Shown here one piece after another: positions 27,781-42,018 of a stretch of DNA of 64,000 nucleotides (position 1 is its first letter; every line of letters begins with the position of its first letter). The position numbers and the translations under genes were made by a program. Under the pieces are notes generated by a model. That model was not told the DNA's origin. It worked only from the letters and a program-made list of their open reading frames with translations, and searched no databases. The stretch comes from Eledone cirrhosa (Eukaryota). The stretch is from the NCBI GenBank assembly GCA_964016885.1, contig OZ024740.1, forward strand, positions 279,558,001 to 279,622,000, in the 5' to 3' direction.

Positions 27781-29789
27781 GGTGATCCATTTTTTATTTG
27801 GGGGATCCATTTTTTATTTGGGCGATCCATTTTTTATTTGGGGGATCCATTTTTTATTTGGGGGATCCATTTTTTATTTGGGGGATCCATTTTTTATTTG
27901 GGGGATCCATTTTATATTTGGGTGATCCATTTTTTATTTGGGTGATCCATTTTCTATTTGGGGGATCCATTTTTTATTTGGGGGATCCATTTTTTATTTG
28001 GGGGATCCATTTTTTATTTGGGGGTCCATTTTTTGGGGGGTGATCCATTTTTTATTTTTTGGATCCATTTTTTATTTGGGTGATCCATTTTTTATTTGGG
28101 TGATCCATTTTCTATTTGGGTGATACATTTTTTATTTGGGTGATCCATTTTTTATTTGGGTGATCCATTTTTTATTTGTGGGATCCTATTTTTATTTGGG
28201 AGATCCATTTTTTATTTGGGGGATCCATTTTTTATTTGGGTGATCCATTTTTTATTTGGGGTATCCATTTTTAATTTGGGTGATCCATTTTTTTTTGGGG
28301 TGATCCATTTTTTATTTGGTGGATCCATTTTTAATTTGGGGGATCCATTTTTTATTTGGGTGATCCATTTTTTATTTGGGGGAGCCATTTTTTATTTGGG
28401 GGATCAATTTTTTATTTGGGTGATCCATTTTTTATTTGGGTGATCCATTTTTTATTTGGTGATCCATTTTTTATTTGGGTGATCGATTTTTTATTTGGGT
28501 GATCTATTTTTTATTTGGGGTATCCATTTTTAATTTGGGTGATCCATTTTTTATTTGGGTGATCCATTTTTTATTTGGGTGATCCATTTTTTATTTGAGT
28601 GATCCATTTTTTATTTGGGGGATCCATTTTTTATTTGGGTGATCCATTTTTTATTTGGGGGATCCATTTTTTATTTGGGCGATCCATTTTTTATTTGGGG
28701 GATCCATTTTTTATTTGGGGGATCCATTTTATATTTGGGTGATCCATTTTTTATTTGGGTGATCCATTTTTTATTTGGGGGATCCATTTTTTATTTGGGG
28801 GATCCATTTTTTATTTGGGTGATCCATTTTTTATTTGGGGGATCTATTTTTTATTTGGAGGATTTTTTTTATTTGGGTGATCCATTTTTTATTTGGGGGG
28901 ATCTATTTTTTATTTGGGTGAACCATTTTTTATTTGGGTGATCCATTTTTTATTTGGGTGATCCATTTTTTATTTGATGGATCCATTTTTTATTTGGGGG
29001 ATCCATTTTTTATTTGGGGGTCCATTTTTTTGGTGGTGATCCATTTTCCATTTGGGTGATCCATTTTTTATTTTTTGGATCCATTTTTTATTTGGGCGAT
29101 CCATTTTTTATTTGGGTGATCCATTTTTTGTTTGGGTGACCCATTTTTTATTTGGGTGATCCATTTTTTATTTGTGGGATCCTATTTTTATTTGGGGGTT
29201 CCATTTTTTATTTGTGGGATCCATTTTTTATTTGGGGGATGCATTTTTTATTTGGGTGATCCATTTTTTATTTGGGGGATCCATTTTTTATTTGGGGGAT
29301 CCATTTTTTATTTGGGGGATCCATTTTTTATTTGGGGGATCCATTTTTTATTTGGGGGATCCATTTTTTATTTGGGGGATCCATTTTTTATTTGGGGGAT
29401 CCATTTTTTATTTAGGTGATCCATTTTTTATTTGGGTGATCCATTTTTTATTTGGGGGATACATTTTTTATTTGGCTGATCCATTTTTTATTTGGGTGAT
29501 CCATTTTTTATTTGGGGGATCCATTTTTTATTTGGGTGATCCATTTTTTATTTGGGTGATCCATTTTTTATTTGGGTGATCCATTTTTTATTTGGGGGAT
29601 ACATTTTTTATTTGGGTGATCCATTTTTTATTTGTGGGATCCATTTTTTATTTGGGTGATCCATTTTTTATTTGGTTGATCCATTTTTTATTAGGGGTAT
29701 CCATTTTTAATTTGGGTGATCCATTTTTTATTTGGGTGATCCATTTTTTATTTGAGGGATCCATTTTTTATTTGGGGAATCCATTTTTT

Positions 29790-32700
29790 ATTTGATGGAT
29801 CTCCCAAATAAAAAATGGATCACCCAAATAAAAAATGGATCACCCAAATAAAAAATGGATCACCCAAATAAAAAATAGATCCCCCAAATAAAAAATGGAT
29901 CCCCCAAATAAAAATGGATCCCCCAAATAAAAAATGGATCACTCAAATAAAAAATGGAACACCCAAATAAAAAATGGATCCCCCAAATAAAAAATGGATC
30001 CCCCAAATAAAAAATGGATCACCCAAATAAAAAATGGATCCCCCAAATAAAAAATGGATCACCCAAATAAAAACTGGATCCCCCAAATAAAAAATGGATC
30101 ACCCAAATAAAAAATGGATCCCCAAACAAAAAATGGATCCCCCAAATAAAAAGTGGATCACCCAAATAAAAAATGGATCCCCCAAATAAAAAATAGATCA
30201 CCCAAATAAAAACTGGATCCCCCAAATAAAAAATGGATCACCCAAATAAAAAATGGATCCCCCAAATAAAAAATGGATCACCCAAATCAAAAATGGATCC
30301 CCCAAATAAAAAATGGATCCCCCAAATAAAAGATGGATCCCCCAAATAAAAAATGGATCCCCCAAATAAAAAATGGATCACCCAAATAAAAAATGGATAA
30401 CCCAAATAAAAAATGCGTCCTCCAAATAAAAAATGGATCACCCAAATAAAAAAAGATCCTCCAAATAAAAAATGGATCACCCAAATAAAAAATGGATCAC
30501 CCAAATAAAAAATGGATCCCCCAAATAATAAATGGATCCCCCAAATAAAAAATGGATCCCCCAAATAAAAAATGGATCACCCAAATAATAAATGGATCAC
30601 CCAAATAAAAAATGGATCACCCAAATAAAAAATGGATCGACCAAATAAAAAATGGATCCCCCAAATAAAAAATGGATCGCCCAAATAAAAAATGGATCCC
30701 CCAAATAAAAAATGGATCACCCAAATAAAAAATGGATCACACAAATAAAAAATGGATCCCCCAAATAAAAAATGGATCACCCAAATAAAGAATTGTTCAC
30801 CCAAATAAAAAATGGATCCCTTTTTTATTTAGCGGATTCATTTTTCATTTCGGTGATCCATTTTTTATTTGGTGGATCCATTTTTTATTTTTTGGATCCA
30901 TTTTTTATTTGGGCGATCTATTTTTTATTTGGGTGATCCATTTTTTATTTGGGTGATCCATTTTTTATTTGGGTGATCCATTTTTTATTTAGGGGATCCA
31001 TTTTTTATTTGGGGGGATCCATTTTTTATTTGGGGGGATCCATTTTTTATTTGGGGGATCCAGTTTTTATTTGGGTGATCCATTTTTTATTTGGGGGATC
31101 CATTTTTTATTTGGGCGATCCATTTTTTATTTGGGGGATCCATTTTTTATTTGGGTGATCCATTTTTTATTTGGGGTATCCATTTTTAATTTGGGTGATC
31201 CATTTTTTATTTGGGTGATCCATTTTTTATTTGGGTGATCCATTTTTTATTTGGGTGATCCATTTTCTATTTGGGGGATCCATTTTTTATTTGGGTGATC
31301 CATTTTTTATTTGGGGGATCCATTTTTTATTTGGGCGATCCATTTTTTATTTGGGGGATCCATTTTTTATTTGGTGGATCCATTTTTTATTTGGGGGATC
31401 CATTTTTTATTTGGGGGATCCATTTTTTATTTGGGGGGTCCATTTTATATTTGGGTGATCCATTTTTTATTTGGGTGATCCATTTTTTATTTGGGTGATC
31501 CATTTTTTATTTGGGGGATCAATTTTTTATTTGGGTGATCCATTTTTTATTTGGGTGATCCATTTTTTATTTGGTGATTCATTTTTTATTTGGGTGATCC
31601 ATTTTTTATTTGGTGATCCATTTTTTATTTGGGGGATCCATTTTTTATTTGGGTGATCCATTTTTTATTTGGGTGATCCATTTTTTATTTGGGGTATCCA
31701 TTTTTAATTTGGGTGATCCATTTTTTATTTGGGTGATCCATTTTTTATTTGGGTGATCCATTTTTTATTTGGGTGATCCATTTTTTATTTGGGGGATCCA
31801 TTTTTTATTTTGGCGATCCATTTTTTATTTGGGGGATCCACTTTTTATTTGGTGGATCCATTTTTTATTTGGGTGATCCATTTTTTATTTGGTGGATCCA
31901 TTTCTTATTTGGGTGATCCATTTTTTATTTGGGTGATCCATTTTTTATTTGGGGGATACATTTTTTATTTGGGTGATCCATTTTTTATTTGTGGGATCCA
32001 TGTTTTATTTGGGTGATCCATTTTTTATTTGGTTGATCCATTTTTTATTAGGGGGATCCATTTTTTATTTGTGGGATCCATTTTTTATTTGATGGATCTC
32101 CCAAATAAAAAATGGATCACCCAAATAAAAAATGGATCACCCAAATAAAAAATGGATCACCCAAATAAAAAATAGATCCCCCAAATAAAAAATGGATCCC
32201 CCAAATAAAAATGGATCCCCCAAATAAAAAATGGATCACTCAAATAAAAAATGGAACACCCAAATAAAAAATGGATCCCCCAAATAAAAAATGGATCCCC
32301 CAAATAAAAAATGGATCACCCAAATAAAAAATGGATCCCCCAAATAAAAAATGGATCACCCAAATAAAAACTGGATCCCCCAAATAAAAAATGGATCACC
32401 CAAATAAAAAATGGATCCCCAAACAAAAAATGGATCCCCCAAATAAAAAGTGGATCACCCAAATAAAAAATGGATCCCCCAAATAAAAAATAGATCACCC
32501 AAATAAAAACTGGATCCCCCAAATAAAAAATGGATCACCCAAATAAAAAATGGATCCCCCAAATAAAAAATGGATCACCCAAATCAAAAATGGATCCCCC
32601 AAATAAAAAATGGATCCCCCAAATAAAAGATGGATCCCCCAAATAAAAAATGGATCCCCCAAATAAAAAATGGATCACCCAAATAAAAAATGGATAACCC

Positions 32701-34261
32701 AAATAAAAAATGCGTCCTCCAAATAAAAAATGGATCACCCAAATAAAAAAAGATCCTCCAAATAAAAAATGGATCACCCAAATAAAAAATGGATCACCCA
32801 AATAAAAAATGGATCCCCCAAATAATAAATGGATCCCCCAAATAAAAAATGGATCCCCCAAATAAAAAATGGATCACCCAAATAATAAATGGATCACCCA
32901 AATAAAAAATGGATCACCCAAATAAAAAATGGATCGACCAAATAAAAAATGGATCCCCCAAATAAAAAATGGATCGCCCAAATAAAAAATGGATCCCCCA
33001 AATAAAAAATGGATCACCCAAATAAAAAATGGATCACACAAATAAAAAATGGATCCCCCAAATAAAAAATGGATCACCCAAATAAAAAATTGTTCACCCA
33101 AATAAAAAATGGATCCCTTTTTTATTTAGCGGATTCATTTTTCATTTCGGTGATCCATTTTTTATTTGGTGGATCCATTTTTTATTTGGGGGATCCATTT
33201 TTTATTTGGGTGATCCATTTTTTATTTGGGGGATCCATTTTTTATTTGGGTGATCCATTTTGTATTTGGGGGATCCATTTTTTATTTGGGCGATCCATTT
33301 TTTATTTGGGGGATCCATTTTTTATTTGGGTGATCCATTTTTTATTTGGGGTATCCATTTTTAATTTGGGTGATCCATTTTTTATTTGGGTGATCCATTT
33401 TTTATTTGGGTGATCCATTTTTTATTTGGGTGATCCATTTTTTATTTGGGGGATCCATTTTTCATTTGGGTGATCCATTTTTTATTTGGGGGATCCATTT
33501 TTTATTTGGGCGATCCATTTTTTATTTGGGGGATCCATTTTTTATTTGGTGGATCCATTTTTTATTTGGGGGATCCATTTTTTATTTGGGGGATCCATTT
33601 TTTATTTGGGGGGTCCATTTTATATTTGGGTGATCCATTTTTTATTTGGGTGATCCATTTTTTATTTGGGTGATCCATTTTTTATTTGGGGGATCAATTT
33701 TTTATTTGGGTGATCCATTTTTTATTTGGGTGATCCATTTTTTATTTGGTGATCCATTTTTTATTTGGGTGATCCATTTTTTATTTGGTGATCCATTTTT
33801 TATTTGGGGGATCCATTTTTTATTTGGGTGATCCATTTTTTATTTGGGTGATCCATTTTTTATTTGGGGTATCCATTTTTAATTTGGGTGATCCATTTTT
33901 TATTTGGGTGATCCATTTTTTATTTGGGTGATCCATTTTTTATTTGGGTGATCCATTTTTTATTTGGGGGATCCATTTTTTATTTTGGCGATCCATTTTT
34001 TATTTGGGGGATCCACTTTTTATTTGGTGGATCCATTTTTTATTTGGGTGATCCATTTTTTATTTGGTGGATCCATTTTTTATTTGGGTGATCCATTTTT
34101 TATTTGGGTGATCCATTTTTTATTTGGGGGATACATTTTTTATTTGGGTGATCCATTTTTTATTTGTGGGATCCATGTTTTATTTGGGTGATCCATTTTT
34201 TATTTGGTTGATCCATTTTTTATTAGGGGGATCCCTTTTTTATTTGTGGGATCCATTTTTT
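29790..34261 (+). repeat. Higher-order repeat x2 (2,297 and 2,175 bp), followed by diverged partial copies to ~36.7 kb
   Basis: Junction GATCs at 29798, 32095 and 34270. ORF offsets are 30019 to 32316 (2297) and 31231 to 33406 (2175). The marker ATGCGTCCTCC occurs at ~30413 and ~32710. Confidence 0.9.
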
Positions 34262-37200
34262 ATTTGATGGATCTCCCAAATAAAAAATGGATCACCCAAA
34301 TAAAAAATTGATCCCCCAAACAAAAAATGGATCACCCAAATAAAAATGGATCACCCAAATAAAAAATAGATCCCCCAAATAAAAAATGGATCCCCCAAAT
34401 AAAAAATGGATCCCCCAAATAAAAAATGGATCACCCAAATAAAAAATGGATCCCCAAATAAAAAATGGATCATCCAAATAAAAACTGGATCCCCCAAATA
34501 AAAAATGGATCACCGAAGTAAAAAATGGATCCCCCAAATAAAAAATGGATCATCCAAATAAAAACTGGATCCCCCAAATAAAAAATGGATCCTCCAAATA
34601 AAAAATGGATCCCCCAAATAAAAAATGGATCACCCAAATAAAAGATGGATCCCCCAAATAAAAAATGGATCCCCCAAATAAAAAATGGATCACCCAAATA
34701 AAATATGGATAACCCAAATAAAAAATGCATCCTCCAAATAAAAACTGGATCACCCAAATAAAAAAAAAATCCTCCAAATAAAAAATGGATCACCCAAATA
34801 AAAAATGGATCACCCAAATAAAAAATGGATCCCCCAAATAATAAATGGATCCCCCAAATAAAAAATGGATCCCCCAAATAAAGAATGGATCACACAAATA
34901 AAAAATGGATCCCCCAAATAAAAAATGGATCACCCAAATAAAAAATGGATCACACAAATAAAAAATGGATCCCCCAAATAAAAAATGGATCACCCAAATA
35001 AAAAATTGTTCACCCAAATAAAAAATGGATCCCTTTTTTATTTAGCGGATTCATTTTTTATTTCGGTGATCCATTTTTTATTTGGTGGATCCATTTTTTA
35101 TTTGGGGGATCCATTTTTTATTTGGGTGATCCATTTTTTATTTGGGGGATCCATTTTTTATTTGGGTGATCCATTTTTTATTTGGGGGATCCATTTTTTA
35201 TTTGGGCGATCCATTTTTTATTTGGGGGATACATTTTTTATTTGGGTGATCCATTTTTTATTTGGGGTATCCATTTTTAATTTGGGTGATCCATTTTTTA
35301 TTTGGGTGATCCATTTTTTATTTGGGGGATCCATTTTTTATTTGGGTGATCCATTTTTTATTTGGGGGATCCATTTTTTATTTGGGCGATCCATTTTTTA
35401 TTTGGGGGATCCATTTTTTATTTGGGGGATCCATTTTTTATTTGGTGGATCCTTTTTCTATTTGGGTGATCCATTTTTTATTTGGTGGATCCATTTTTTA
35501 TTTGGGTGATCCATTTTTTATTTGGGTGATCCATTTTTTATTTGGGGGATACATTTTTTATTTGGGTGATCCATTTTTTATTTGTGGGATCCATGTTTTA
35601 TTTGGGTGATCCATTTTTTATTTGGTTGATCCATTTTTTATTAGGGGGATCCATTTTTTATTTGGGGGATCCATTTTTTATTTGATGGATCTCCCAAATA
35701 AAAAATGGATCACCCAAATAAAAAATTGATCCCCCAAATAAAAAATGGATCACCCAAATAAAAATGGATCACCCAAATAAAAAATAGATCCCCCAAATAA
35801 AAAATGGATCCCCCAAATAAAAAATGGATCACCCAAATAAAAAATGGATCCCCAAATAAAAAATGGATCATCCAAATAAAAACTGGATCCCCCAAATAAA
35901 AAATGGATCACCGAAGTAAAAAATGGATCCCCCAAATAAAAAATGGATCCCCCAAATAAAAAATGGATCACCCAAATAAAAAATGGATCCCCAAATAAAA
36001 AATGGATCCCCCAAATAAAAAATGGATCCTCCAAATAAAAAATGGATCACCCAAATAAAAAATGGATCACCCAAATAAAAAATGGATCGCCCAAATAAAA
36101 AATGCATCCTCCAAATAAAAAATGGATCACCCAAATAAAAAAAAATCCTCCAAATAAAAAATGGATCACCCAAATAAAAAATGGATCACCCAAATAAAAA
36201 ATGGATCCCCCAAATAAAAAATGGATCCACCAAATAAAAAATGGATCACCCAAATAAAAAATGGATCACCCAAATAAAAAATGTATCACCCAAATAAAAA
36301 ATGGATCGCCCAAATAAAAAATGGATCCCCCAAATAAAAAATGGATCGCCCAAATAAAAAATGGATCCCCCAAATAAAAAATGGATCACCCAAATAAAAA
36401 ATGGATCACCCAAATAAAAAATGAATCCCCCAAATAAAAAATGGATCACCCAAATAAAAAATGGATCCCTCAAATAAAAAATGGATCACCCAAATAAAAA
36501 ATGGATCACCCAAATAAAAAATGGATCCCCCAAATAAAAAATTGATCACCCAAATAAAAAATGGATCACCCAAATAAAAAATGGATCCCCCAAATAAAAA
36601 ATGGTTCACCCAAATAAAAAATGGATCACCCAAATAAAAAATGGATCCCCCCAAATAAAAAATGGATCACCCAGATAAAAAATGGATCCCTTTTTTATTT
36701 AGCGGATCCATTTTTTATTTCGGGGATCCATTCTTTATTTGGGGGATCCATTTTTTATTTAGGTGATCCATTTTTCATTTGGGTGATCCATTTTTTATTT
36801 GGTGGATCCATTTTTAATTTGGGTGATCCATTTTTTATTTGGGTGATCTATTTTTTATTTGGGGGATCCATTTTTTATTTGGGGGATCAATTTTTTATTT
36901 GGGTGATCCATTTTTTATTTGGGTGATCCATTTTTTATTTGGTGATCCATTTTTTATTTGGGGTATCCATTTTTTATTTGGGTGATCGATTTTTTATTTG
37001 GGTGATCTATTTTTTATTTGGGGTATCCATTTTTAATTTGGGTGATCCATTTTTTATTTGGGTGATCCATTTTTTATTTGGGTGATCCATTTTTTATTTG
37101 GGTGATCCATTTTTTATTTGGGGGATCCATTTTTTATTTGGGTGATCCATTTTTTATTTGGGGGATCCATTTTTTATTTGGGCGATCCATTTTTTATTTG

Positions 37201-40200
37201 GGGGATCCATTTTTTATTTGGGGGATCCATTTTTTATTTGGGGGATCCATTTTTTATTTGGGGGATCCATTTTATATTTGGGTGATCCATTTTTTATTTG
37301 GGTGATCCATTTTTTATTTGGGGGATCCATTTTTTATTTGGGGGATCCATTTTTTATTTGGGTGATCCATTTTATATTTGGGGGATCTATTTTTTATTTG
37401 GAGGATCATTTTTTATTTGGGTGATCCATTTTTTATTTGGATGGATCTATTTTTTATTTGGGTGATCCATTTTTTATTTGGGTGATCCATTTTTTATTTG
37501 GGTGATCCATTTTTTATTTGGTGGATCCATTTTTTATTTGGGGGTCCATTTTTTGGGGGGTGATCCATTTTCCATTTGGGTGATCCATTTTTTATTTTTT
37601 GGATCCATTTTTTATTTGGGCGATCCATTTTTTATTTGGGTGATCCATTTTTTATTTGGGTGATCCATTTTTTATTTGGGTTATCCATTTTTTATTTGTG
37701 GGATCCTATTTTTATTTGGGGGTTCCATTTTCTATTTGAGGGATCCATTTTTTATTTGGGGGATGCATTTTTTATTTGGGTGATCCATTTTTTATTTGGG
37801 GGATCGATTTTTTATTTGGGGGATCCATTTTTTATTTGGGGGATCCATTTTTTATTTGGGGGATCCATTTTTTATTTGGGGGATCCATTTTTTATTTAGG
37901 TGATCCATTTTTTATTTGGGTGATCCATTTTTTATTTGGGGGATACATTTTTTATTTGGCTGATCCATTTTTTATTTGGGTGATCCATTTTTTATTTGGG
38001 GGATCCATTTTTTATTTGGGTGATCCATTTTTTATTTGGGTCATCCATTTTTTATTTGGGTGATCCATTTTTTATTTGGGGGATACATTTTTTATTTGGG
38101 TGATCCATTTTTTATTTGTGGGATCCATTTTTTATTTGGGTGATCCATTTTTTATTTGGTTGATCCATTTTTTATTAGGGGTATCCATTTTTAATTTGGG
38201 TGATCCATTTTTTATTTGGGTGATCCATTTTTTATTTGAGGGATCCATTTTTTATTTGGGGAATCCATTTTTTATTTGATGGATCTCCCAAATAAAAAAT
38301 GGATCACCCAAATAAAAAATTGATCCCCCAAATAAAAAATGGATCACCCAAATAAAAAATGGATCACCCAAATAAAAAATAGATCCCCCAAATAAAAAAT
38401 GGATCCCCCAAATAAAAATGGATCCCCCAAATAAAAAATGGATCACTCAAATAAAAAATGGAACACCCAAATAAAAAATGGATCCCCCAAATAAAAAATG
38501 GATCCCCCAAATAAAAAATGGATCACCCAAATAAAAAATGGATCCCCCAAATAAAAAAATGGATCACCCAAATAAAAACTGGATCCCCCAAATAAAATAT
38601 GGATCACCCAAATAAAAAATGGATCGCCAAATAAAAAATGGATCCCCCAAATAAAAAGTGGATCACCCAAATAAAAAATGGATCCCCCAAATAAAAAATG
38701 GATCACCCAAATAAAAACTGGATCCCCCAAATAAAAAATGGATCACCCAAATAAAAAATGGATCCCCCAAATAAAAAATGGATCACCCAAATAAAAAATG
38801 GAACCCCCAAATAAAAAATGGATCCCCCAAATAAAAAATGGATCACCCAAATAAAAAATGGATAACCCAAATAAAAAATGCATCCTCCAAATAAAAAATG
38901 GATCACCCAAATAAAAAAAAGATCCTCCAAATAAAAAATGGATCACCCAAATAAAAAATGGATCACCCAAATAAAAAATGGATCCCCCAAATAATAAATG
39001 GATCCCCCAAATAAAAAATGGATCCCCCAAATAAAAAATGGATCCCCCAAACAAAAAATGGATCCCCCAAATAAAAAATGGATCACCCAAATAAAAAATG
39101 GATCGACCAAATAAAAAATGGATCCCCCAAATAAAAAATGGATCGCCCAAATAAAAAATGGATCCCCCAATTAAAAAATGGATCACCCAAATAAAAAATG
39201 GATCACACAAATAAAAAATGGATCCCCCAAATAAAAAATGGATCACCCAAATAAAAAATTGTTCACCCAAATAAAAAATGGATCCCTTTTTTATTTAGCG
39301 GATCCATTTTTTATTTCGGTGATCCATTTTTTATTTGGGGGATCCATTTTTTATTTGGGTGATCCATTTTTTATTTGGGGGATCCATTTTTTATTTGGGT
39401 GATCCATTTTTTATTTGGGGGATCTATTTTTTATTTGGGCCATCCATTTTTATTTGGGGGATCCATTTTTTATTTGGGTGATCCATTTTTTATTTGGGTG
39501 ATCCATTTTTTATTTGGGTGATACATTTTTTATTTGGGGGATCCATTTTTTATTCGGGTGATCCATTTTTTATTTGGGGGTTCCATTTTTTATTTGGGCG
39601 ATCCATTTTTTATTTGGGGGATCCATTTTTTATTTGGGGGATCCATTTTTTATTTGGGGGATCCATTTTTTATTTGGGGGATCCATTTTATATTTGGGTG
39701 ATCCATTTTTTATTTGGGTGATCCATTTTTTATTTGGGTGATCCATTTTTTATTTGGGGGATCAATTTTTTATTTGGGTGATCCATTTTTTATTTGGGTG
39801 ATCCATTTTTTATTTGGTGATACATTTTTTATTTGGGTGATCCATTTTTTATTTGGTGATCCATTTTTTATTTGGGGGATCCATTTTTTATTTGGGTGAT
39901 CCATTTTTTATTTGGGTGATCCATTTTTTATTTGGGGTATCCATTTTTAATTTGGGTGATCCATTTTTTATTTGGGTGATCCATTTTTTATTTGGGTGAT
40001 CCATTTTTTTTTTGGGTGATCCATTTTTTATTTGGGGGATCCATTTTTTACTTTGGCGATCCATTTTTTATTTGGGGGATCAATTTTTTATTTGGTGGAT
40101 CCATTTTTTATTTGGGTGATCCATTTTTTATTTGGTGGATCCATTTTTTATTTGGGTGATCCATTTTTTATTTGGGTGATCCATTTTTTATTTGGGGGAT

Positions 40201-40397
40201 ACATTTTTTATTTGGGTGATCCATTTTTTATTTGTGGGATCCATGTTTTATTTGGGTGATCCATTTTTTATTTGGGTGATCCATTTTTTATTTGTGGGAT
40301 CCATGTTTTATTTGGGTGATCCATTTTTTATTTGGTTGATCCATTTTTTATTAGGGGGATCCATTTTTTATTTGGGGGATCCATTTTTTATTTGATG

Positions 40398-42018
40398 GAT
40401 CTCCCAAATAAAAAATGGATCACCCAAATAAAAAATGGATCCCCCAAATAAAAAATGGATCCCCCAAATAAAAAATGGATCACCCAAATAAAAAATGGAT
40501 CCCCAAATAAAAAATGGATCCCCCAAATAAAAAATGGATCCTCCAAATAAAAAATGGATCCCCCAAATAAAAAATGGATCCCCCAAATAAAAAATGGATC
40601 ACCCAAATAAAAAATGGATCACCCAAATAAAAAATGGATCGCCCAAATAAAAAATGGATCGCCCAAATAAAAAATGGATCGCCCAAATAAAAAATGGATC
40701 CCCCAAATAAAAATAGATCCCCCAAATAAAAAATGGATCCCCCAAATAAAAAATGGATCACCCAAATAAAAAATGGACCCCCAAATAAAAAATGGATCAC
40801 CCAAATAAAAATGGATCACCCAAATAAAAAATGGATCCCCCAAATAATAAAAAGAAACACCCAAATAAAAAATGGATCACCCAAATAAAAAATGCATCCT
40901 CCAAATAAAAAATGGATTACCCAAATAAAAAAAAATCCTCCAAATAAAAAATGGATCACCCAAATAAAAAATGGATCACCCAAATAAAAAATGGATCCCC
41001 CAAATAAAAAATGGATCCCCCAAATAAAAAACGGATCCCCCAAATAAAAAATGGATCACCCAAATAAAAAATGGATCACCGAAATAAAAAATGGATCACC
41101 CAAATAAAAATTGGATCGCCCAAATAAAAAATGGATCCCCCAAATAAAAAATGGATCGCCCAAATAAAAAATGGATCCCCCAAATAAAAAATGGATCACC
41201 CAAATAAAAAATGGATCACCCAAATAAAAAATGGATCCCCCAAATAAAAAATGGATCACCCAAATAAAAAATGGGGTCCCTCAAATAAAAAATGGATCAC
41301 CCAAATAAAAAATTGATCACCCAAATAAAAAATGGATCACCCAAATAACAAATGGATCCCCCAAATAAAAAATGGTTCACTCAAATAAAAAATGGATCAC
41401 CCAAATAAAAAATGGATCCCCCCAAATAAAAAATGGATCACCCAAATAAAAACTGGATCCCCCAAATAAAAAATGGATCACCCAAATAAAAAATGGATCC
41501 CCCAAATAAAAAATGGATCACCCAAATAAAAAATGGAACCCCCAAATAAAAAATGGATCCCCCAAATAAAAAATGGATCACCCAAATAAAAAATGGATAA
41601 CCCAAATAAAAAATGCATCCTCCAAATAAAAAATGGATCACCCAAATAAAAAAAGATCCTCCAAATAAAAAATGGATCACCCAAATAAAAAATGGATTAC
41701 CCAAATAAAAAATGGATCCCCCAAATAATAAATGGATCCCCCAAATAAAAAATGGATCCCCCAAATAAAAAATGGATCCCCCAAATAAAAAATGGATCCC
41801 CCAAATAAAAAATGGATCACCCAAATAAAAAATGGATCGACCAAATAAAAAATGGATCCCCCAAATAAAAAATGGATCGCCCAAATAAAAAATGGATCCC
41901 CCAAATAAAAAATGGATCACCCAAATAAAAAATGGATCACACAAATAAAAAATGGATCCCCCAAATAAAAAATGGATCACCCAAATAAAAAATTGTTCAC
42001 CCAAATAAAAAATGGATC
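40398..42018 (-). repeat. ~1.6-kb composite reverse-oriented block
   Basis: Continuous A-rich orientation between TTTGATGGATCTCCC and ATGGATCCCTTTTTT. The distal ~580 bp matches ~38700-39284. Confidence 0.88.
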
